A DNA stretch of 64,000 nt from the NCBI GenBank assembly GCA_964416025.1, contig CAYQCJ010000003.1:7603-71602 (forward strand). Direction: 5' to 3'. Positions 59,164 to 64,000 of this stretch are shown piece by piece (positions within the stretch are counted from its first letter, which is position 1; the number at the start of each line of letters is the position of its first letter). This stretch comes from an uncultured Staphylococcaceae bacterium. GTDB lineage: Bacteria; Bacillota_I; Bacilli_A; RFN20; CAG-826. The position numbers were made by a program, and so were the translations under genes. The notes below the pieces were generated by a model. The model made no database searches. It was not told the origin of the DNA and worked only from the letters and a program-made list of their open reading frames with translations.

Positions 59164-60258
59164 TTATTTAATTAAATCGTGATCAACGCAATATTGATAG
59201 AAATCTCTTTCACCATCAAAATCACTATCTTTAGCATCAGTGTATCCAGTATGAGAATAAACTTTGTAAAGAATTTCAGCTGGTGATAAAGACTCAGTGG
59301 CTCCATCATCAAGTTTAGTTGTATCTTTAATGGCAGTCTTAAAAGCTTTAACAACAGCTTCTTTCTTAGCATCAGATAAATTTGAACGGACAGAAATAGT
59401 ATCATTATAAATTCCATCAGTAATAGCGACACATTTACTTAATGTAAAAGAAGTAGCTAATTGATAGTAAGCACTATCAGTTTTTGTATATCCTTGAGCA
59501 TAACGGACATCAGTGAATCCCCAGAAACCATCGATGGTTCCACTTTGCATATTATTGAAAGCATCACCATAACTGTTTTGTTGGATACCTTGAATTTGTT
59601 TGGTAGCATCGGTAATTGTATCGACCATTTCCATACCATTATCATTTAAATATTTTAAAGGTCTTAAATAACCAGCACCACTTGTGGCACCCATTCTTCC
59701 AATCTTTAATCCGGCCATATCTTTAATATCGATCTTTCCATCGCTATTTTTATCGACATAATTTTTATTTGAAACACATAATTGTGAAGTATACCAGTTA
59801 ACATCTTTATCAGATTGTTGTCCTAAATATTCATAACCTTCAATTTCACCATTCATGGCTTTAATTTGGTTAGCAACATCGTCTTTATAATCTTCGACTT
59901 GAACTTTATATCCTTTACGAACACTGGTTAATTTAACTTCAATTTTTCCTTTATTTTGAATGGTAGCTTGAGCATATCCACTTGCAGTTAAGAAACCAAC
60001 ATCGACTTGATCAGATAATAAAGCTTCAGTAGTAGCAGCATAAGATGTTCCAGTTGTGATTTTAAATTCATAATCTGGGCAAATTTTCTCTAATACTGGT
60101 TCGAGTCTCTTTGCTAATGCAGCTAATGTAGATGCATCATTTGAAGGGACAAATTGAATGTTGATAATATTATTATCAGATCCAGAATTACAACCGACAA
60201 GACCACTAATACCTAATAAACAAACAGCAGACAAACCTAAAACTTTAAGTTTTTTCAT
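59164..60258 (-). CDS. phnD: PhnD-family (phosphate/phosphite/phosphonate-type) substrate-binding lipoprotein; true ligand uncertain
   Basis: Lipobox (SGLVGCNSG). PhnD-like N-lobe IQFVPSNDASTLAALAKRLEPVLEK...YAATTEALLSDQVDVGFLTASGY. AAGGAGG SD. Confidence 0.75.
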   Translation of the reverse strand: MKKLKVLGLSAVCLLGISGLVGCNSGSDNNIINIQFVPSNDASTLAALAKRLEPVLEKICPDYEFKITTGTSYAATTEALLSDQVDVGFLTASGYAQATIQNKGKIEVKLTSVRKGYKVQVEDYKDDVANQIKAMNGEIEGYEYLGQQSDKDVNWYTSQLCVSNKNYVDKNSDGKIDIKDMAGLKIGRMGATSGAGYLRPLKYLNDNGMEMVDTITDATKQIQGIQQNSYGDAFNNMQSGTIDGFWGFTDVRYAQGYTKTDSAYYQLATSFTLSKCVAITDGIYNDTISVRSNLSDAKKEAVVKAFKTAIKDTTKLDDGATESLSPAEILYKVYSHTGYTDAKDSDFDGERDFYQYCVDHDLIK

Positions 60259-60303
60259 AAGATTAACGTTACCTCCTTTATGAAAGACTTTTTTGCATGA
60301 AAA

Positions 60304-60321
60304 AAGGGCTTTAAAGCCCTT
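60304..60321 (-). terminator. intrinsic-terminator-like hairpin inside the phnD 5' leader
   Basis: In minus sense, AAGGGCTT-TA-AAGCCCTT runs into T6, about 45 nt upstream of the phnD ATG. No promoter-like sequence lies between it and the SD. Confidence 0.5.
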
Positions 60322-60565
60322 ATTTAATTAATAACTTATTAAAATCGCTAAGATTTTTAAATAATTTTAATTTTCTCATACGGTAAAAAGTATACTCTTG
60401 GTTCTTATTAAATCTACAAAAAAATATGTGTATGAAAAATATTTAATCTTATCTTAACACTTGTTAAGAATTCATTAATATTTAAGATAAATTGTTAAAT
60501 ACTGTTATTAAATTTTATTAAAGAACGTAGATAAATAATGTTATATAATAAAGCATATAAACTTT

Positions 60566-61222
60566 ATGAAAACCGAAACTCGAAATAAAATTCAAGAGAA
60601 GAAAGATAAAAATACTGTAATTTTTAGTGTTATTTTTATGTTTTTTAGTTATTTATGGGGTATTGCAAGACTTTTGATCGGAATTTTTGAAAACAACCGG
60701 TTTTATGGCGCTTCAGGAATTTCTGGTATTTTATTAGGGTTATGCAAAACTTTATTTGTTCTTGGAGTTAAAAAAGACGATCAAGAGTTTCAAGAAAAAA
60801 TATTTAAGGCAATCGCTATTTTAATTATCGTGGCTAATGCACTTTATATTAGTTACATGATTTCTTTATACTTCTACCCAACACATTTAATTAAACTTCC
60901 AATGTGGATCAATATTTTAATTTGTTGCATTTCTTTTGCGGATCTTGGTTTAGCAATTATTGGAATCATTAAAAATATTTCAAGAAAAAACATCCTCTTT
61001 ATTGCCAGAGAATGTTTATCATTAGTTTGGGCTTTTCAAGCTATCGTTTTTTCTTTAGCTTCGTTAATTTCAGCAATGAATCAAGTACTTAGCGCTACAC
61101 AAATTTCTTCGTACAATGCTAGTCTTGGTTTAATTTATGGCATTCTTTCAATTTTCATTGGAATAGTAATGCTAGTAAAATTTAAAAAATATAAATCAAA
61201 TAACAATAAGATTGACGAGTAA
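60566..61222 (+). CDS. multi-pass membrane protein, unknown function (distant paralog of 55243..55890)
   Basis: About 6 TM helices. Its basic termini (KFKKYKSNNNKIDE) resemble SFKKIKSIKKDQI of the paralog. Confidence 0.6.
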   Translation: MKTETRNKIQEKKDKNTVIFSVIFMFFSYLWGIARLLIGIFENNRFYGASGISGILLGLCKTLFVLGVKKDDQEFQEKIFKAIAILIIVANALYISYMISLYFYPTHLIKLPMWINILICCISFADLGLAIIGIIKNISRKNILFIARECLSLVWAFQAIVFSLASLISAMNQVLSATQISSYNASLGLIYGILSIFIGIVMLVKFKKYKSNNNKIDE

Positions 61223-61227
61223 TTTTC

Positions 61228-61256
61228 AAAATCCCTTGCCAATCCCCATTATTTTT
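61228..61256 (-). repeat. 29-nt operon-end motif, copy C (used as the consensus)
   Basis: AAAATCCCTTGCCAATCCCCATTATTTTT lies between the convergent stops of 60566..61222 and proS, 2 nt 3' of the proS stop. Confidence 0.7.
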
Positions 61257-61257
61257 A

Positions 61258-62685
61258 TTAATAAGCCTTAGCAAATAAGATTAAATATTTTGCTTCTTTC
61301 CCACAGATGGCACACTTGTCATCAATTGGAATTTGGGCAAATGGCATACATCTACTTGTAGCATTAAACATTTCTTTAACTTTATCTTCACAAGTTCTAT
61401 CACCACACCACATAACTTTAGCATATCCACCCTTATTAAGGATTTCTTCCATCTCTTTTAAGTTATGAGCTTCGTGGACATTAGCAGCTAAATTCTTTAA
61501 AGCAGCATCGTACATTTCAGAATGTATTTTTGTCAATAATAATGAGGATTCGCTAACGATTTTGTCTAATGAGACTTGTTCTTTAGTGCCATCATTTCTC
61601 TTACAAATTGTAACAACACCATTCTTCAAATCACGTGGGCCAACCTCAATTCTAAGAGGCACACCCTTCATTTCGTATTCAGAGAATTTCCATCCAGGTG
61701 TCTTATCACTATCATCAAGTTTTACTCTAATTCCTTGTTTTTCTAAACCAGCTTTAATTGTATTGCAGGCATCTAAAACGCCTTCTTGTTGCATTTGAAT
61801 AGGAATAATGACAACTTGAATTGGAGCAACATATGGAGGCAAAACTAATCCATTATCATCGCCATGAACCATGATAATTGAACCAATTAAACGAGTCGAG
61901 ACTCCCCAACTGGTTTGGAATGGAACTTTAATTTTTCCATCTTTATCTAAGTATTGAACACCAAAAGCCTTTGCGAATCCGTCACCAAAATAGTGAGAGG
62001 TTCCACTTTGAAGAGCTTTTCCATCGTGCATTAAAGCTTCGATAGAATATGTTTCAACAGCTCCGGCAAATTTTTCTTTTTCAGATTTTTTACCTTTAAT
62101 AAATGGAACAGCTAATAAATCTTTTCCCATCTTGTCGTAGATATCTAACATTCTAAGAGTTTCTTCTCTAGCTTCATCGCTTGTAGCGTGCATTGTATGA
62201 CCTTCTTGCCATAAGAATTCACTTCCTCTTAAGAATGGACGAGTAGTCTTTTCCCATCTAACAACGGAACACCATTGATTATATTTCTTTGGTAAATCAC
62301 GGTAACTATTGATGATGTGTTTGTAATGTTCAGTAAAAACACATTCGCTGGTTGGTCTAATGATTAATCTATCTTGAAGAGTTTGGCCTCCACCGATAGT
62401 CGCAATTAAACATTCTGGAGCAAAACCAGAAATATGATCTTTTTCTTTCTTAAATAAAGACTCATTAATAACTAAAGGCATATAAACATTTTCATGTCCT
62501 GTTGCCTTAAATTCTTTATCTAAATATGATTGAATTTGTTCCCAAATAGCGTATCCGTAAGGTCTATAAATAATAAAGCCCTTAACATCGCTATAATCCA
62601 TTAATTCAGCTTTTTTACAAACATCTGTATACCATTGCGCAAAATCTTCATCTCTTGAAGTAATTGACTTATTTTTAATATCCAT
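61258..62685 (-). CDS. proS: prolyl-tRNA synthetase, archaeal/eukaryotic-like type
   Basis: Class II motifs (FRGSEFLWQEGHT, GTSHYFG...), a C-terminal Zn-binding-like domain (CGDRTCEDK...CAICGK) and the terminal Tyr typical of this ProRS type. There is no bacterial INS editing domain. Confidence 0.9.
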   Translation of the reverse strand: MDIKNKSITSRDEDFAQWYTDVCKKAELMDYSDVKGFIIYRPYGYAIWEQIQSYLDKEFKATGHENVYMPLVINESLFKKEKDHISGFAPECLIATIGGGQTLQDRLIIRPTSECVFTEHYKHIINSYRDLPKKYNQWCSVVRWEKTTRPFLRGSEFLWQEGHTMHATSDEAREETLRMLDIYDKMGKDLLAVPFIKGKKSEKEKFAGAVETYSIEALMHDGKALQSGTSHYFGDGFAKAFGVQYLDKDGKIKVPFQTSWGVSTRLIGSIIMVHGDDNGLVLPPYVAPIQVVIIPIQMQQEGVLDACNTIKAGLEKQGIRVKLDDSDKTPGWKFSEYEMKGVPLRIEVGPRDLKNGVVTICKRNDGTKEQVSLDKIVSESSLLLTKIHSEMYDAALKNLAANVHEAHNLKEMEEILNKGGYAKVMWCGDRTCEDKVKEMFNATSRCMPFAQIPIDDKCAICGKEAKYLILFAKAY

Positions 62686-62701
62686 TTTAAAATCCTCTTT
62701 C

Positions 62702-63961
62702 TTATTTACTTAAATTAGATAACTTTTTAATAACACGTTTATCAAGCGGCAATAACATCGAACTATATTGACTAATAACATCACCGCCGAAATATCTTAC
62801 ACCACTCTTACTTAATAATTCTAGTAGCGACCAATTATTTACGTTCACACATACAATCGGTTTTTGGAATTTAACAAACTTTGTTAATAAAGCATGTAAA
62901 TTTATAAAATCATTACTAGTTGCTTTAACATTGCTGAGCGTTTTACAATCAAAAACAAACAAATCGAACAATTTATAGGTATCGTCTTTAAGAGAGAAAT
63001 CACCGACCGTTATAATCAAACCAAGTTCATAACTCTTTAGTTTTAAGTTTTGAATTGTTCTTAAATAATATGCATCAGTTTCAAAATCGATAAATACATT
63101 ATTCTTAAATAAGAAAACAATGTTAGCATCGTATAAATTATTAATATGAGGGAAACTCTTGATTGCAAATGGCAAATCAAGCATTTCAATTGGGAAAAAT
63201 AATTTAAAACTTGCATCACCTTTTTGAGTTAAGAATGTCGAGATAACTTTCTTACTAGAAATCGTAAACACTTCTTGTTGTTCTTCGTATTGTGCACAGA
63301 ATTTCTTTAAATCCTGGTAACTTTTAAAAATATTGCTCTTTGGAAAAATTCTAAATGTATATGATTCGATAATTGTGCTCTTATCAAGTAAATGAATAAC
63401 AGGACTATAAAAAATGTCAATCAATTGATTTCTTAAAATATGATCAATTTCGCTCTTATATCCTTCTTCAGCACTAGTCATAGTGGAATTTTCTGCATAA
63501 TAGAAAGCGTAGGTTTTATTGTCATTATGAACTGTTTGTGCAAATTTTTGCAAATCTTGATAAGCAGCTTCAAAATTCTTGTTTAAAGAAGTAACTTTAC
63601 CAGCAGCAACCATCGGAGCTAAAGTATTTAAATACCCGTAAATCTCAAGTAATTCACTAATACTTTCTAAAATCTCCTGTATTTTGTGGTTAATTTGATA
63701 ACTGTTCATCAGCGTGTTATCAATAAACATGATTTCTTGAGGATTGTCTGGATTTAAATAAAAATACAAATCAACACCCTTAAAGCAACGACAAATATAA
63801 TCAATCATTTCATAACGAACATAATATTCATTTTCAACGACAGCTTCATCCAATACTTTAAATAATCTTATAAAATAAGCGTTACCCTTAATAAATTCAT
63901 TGCCTTCATAGGCTTTTTTCATCTCGCTCATTAAGTAAGATGGTTTATGTTTTAAAATCAA
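62702..63961 (-). CDS. hypothetical protein with a probable degenerate EAL-like C-terminal domain; N-terminus uncertain
   Basis: The reading frame stays open from 63961 to the window end (64000), so the TTG start in the ORF track is not established. See the findings for the domain argument. Confidence 0.5.
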   Translation of the reverse strand: MILKHKPSYLMSEMKKAYEGNEFIKGNAYFIRLFKVLDEAVVENEYYVRYEMIDYICRCFKGVDLYFYLNPDNPQEIMFIDNTLMNSYQINHKIQEILESISELLEIYGYLNTLAPMVAAGKVTSLNKNFEAAYQDLQKFAQTVHNDNKTYAFYYAENSTMTSAEEGYKSEIDHILRNQLIDIFYSPVIHLLDKSTIIESYTFRIFPKSNIFKSYQDLKKFCAQYEEQQEVFTISSKKVISTFLTQKGDASFKLFFPIEMLDLPFAIKSFPHINNLYDANIVFLFKNNVFIDFETDAYYLRTIQNLKLKSYELGLIITVGDFSLKDDTYKLFDLFVFDCKTLSNVKATSNDFINLHALLTKFVKFQKPIVCVNVNNWSLLELLSKSGVRYFGGDVISQYSSMLLPLDKRVIKKLSNLSK

Positions 63962-64000
63962 AGGACTAGAATTTCTATTATGTTTAAAAACGCTTTTCTT

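Noticed and set aside
61228-61256. Operon-end motif interpreted as a plus-strand promoter (TTGCCA as -35), a G-quadruplex or a short coding exon
   Set aside because: A -10-like element at the right spacing exists only in copy C. Only three G-tracts are present on the G-rich strand. Copy B carries a stop codon in the frame that is open in copy C.
62686-62701. Looked for a T-box leader upstream of proS
   Set aside because: Only 16 nt separate proS from the upstream ORF, so there is no room for a leader. proS is apparently co-transcribed.
1-64000. CRISPR arrays, IS elements/transposases, rRNA, tmRNA/RNase P/SRP RNA
   Set aside because: I noticed no regularly spaced direct repeats, no transposase-like ORF and no characteristic conserved RNA motifs in any intergenic region. 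This rests on a visual scan only.

Overview
AT-rich (about 30% GC by eye), densely coding window, mostly transcribed on the minus strand. It probably comes from a wall-less or low-GC Mollicutes/Bacillota-like bacterium using the standard code: TGA serves as a stop at 56090, surface proteins end in TM + KKK anchors rather than LPXTG, there are many lipobox lipoproteins, and the ABC ATPases carry large inserts. Surface foraging genes dominate. These include an Endonuclease-I nuclease and a 5'-nucleotidase lipoprotein, an amino-acid ABC transporter behind a lysine (L-box) riboswitch, giant repeat lipoproteins (Big_2 / InlB-B-repeat-like), and a roughly 20 kb protease-Opp-protease locus (S8 subtilase, oppABCDF with expanded subunits, M6-like metalloprotease, two tandem paralogous lipoproteins). 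Housekeeping genes: typA, a MacB/FtsX-type ABC pair, cls, a HAD hydrolase, Xaa-Pro aminopeptidase, Mrp/NBP35, YigZ, a CPBP protease, TraX, trxA, a GT4 glycosyltransferase, rdgB, phnDCEE plus a fused-operon P-loop kinase, and proS. RNA genes: tRNA-Lys(CTT), tRNA-Gly(TCC), tRNA-Ser(GCT). No CRISPR array, transposase, integrase or rRNA was seen. Most notable observations: (1) a conserved ~29-nt motif sits immediately 3' of the stop codon of operon-terminal genes (5 same-orientation copies plus relics); (2) an intact orphan XRE-ImmA/IrrE pair next to a Zn-ribbon membrane protein, with a decayed three-gene paralogous module at 8.7-10.0 kb; (3) K/E-rich coiled-coil inserts in three different ABC ATPases; (4) a Pnk-like kinase translationally coupled to the phn-type transporter, which is preceded by an intrinsic-terminator-like leader hairpin; (5) a probable catalytically dead EAL-like protein upstream of proS.
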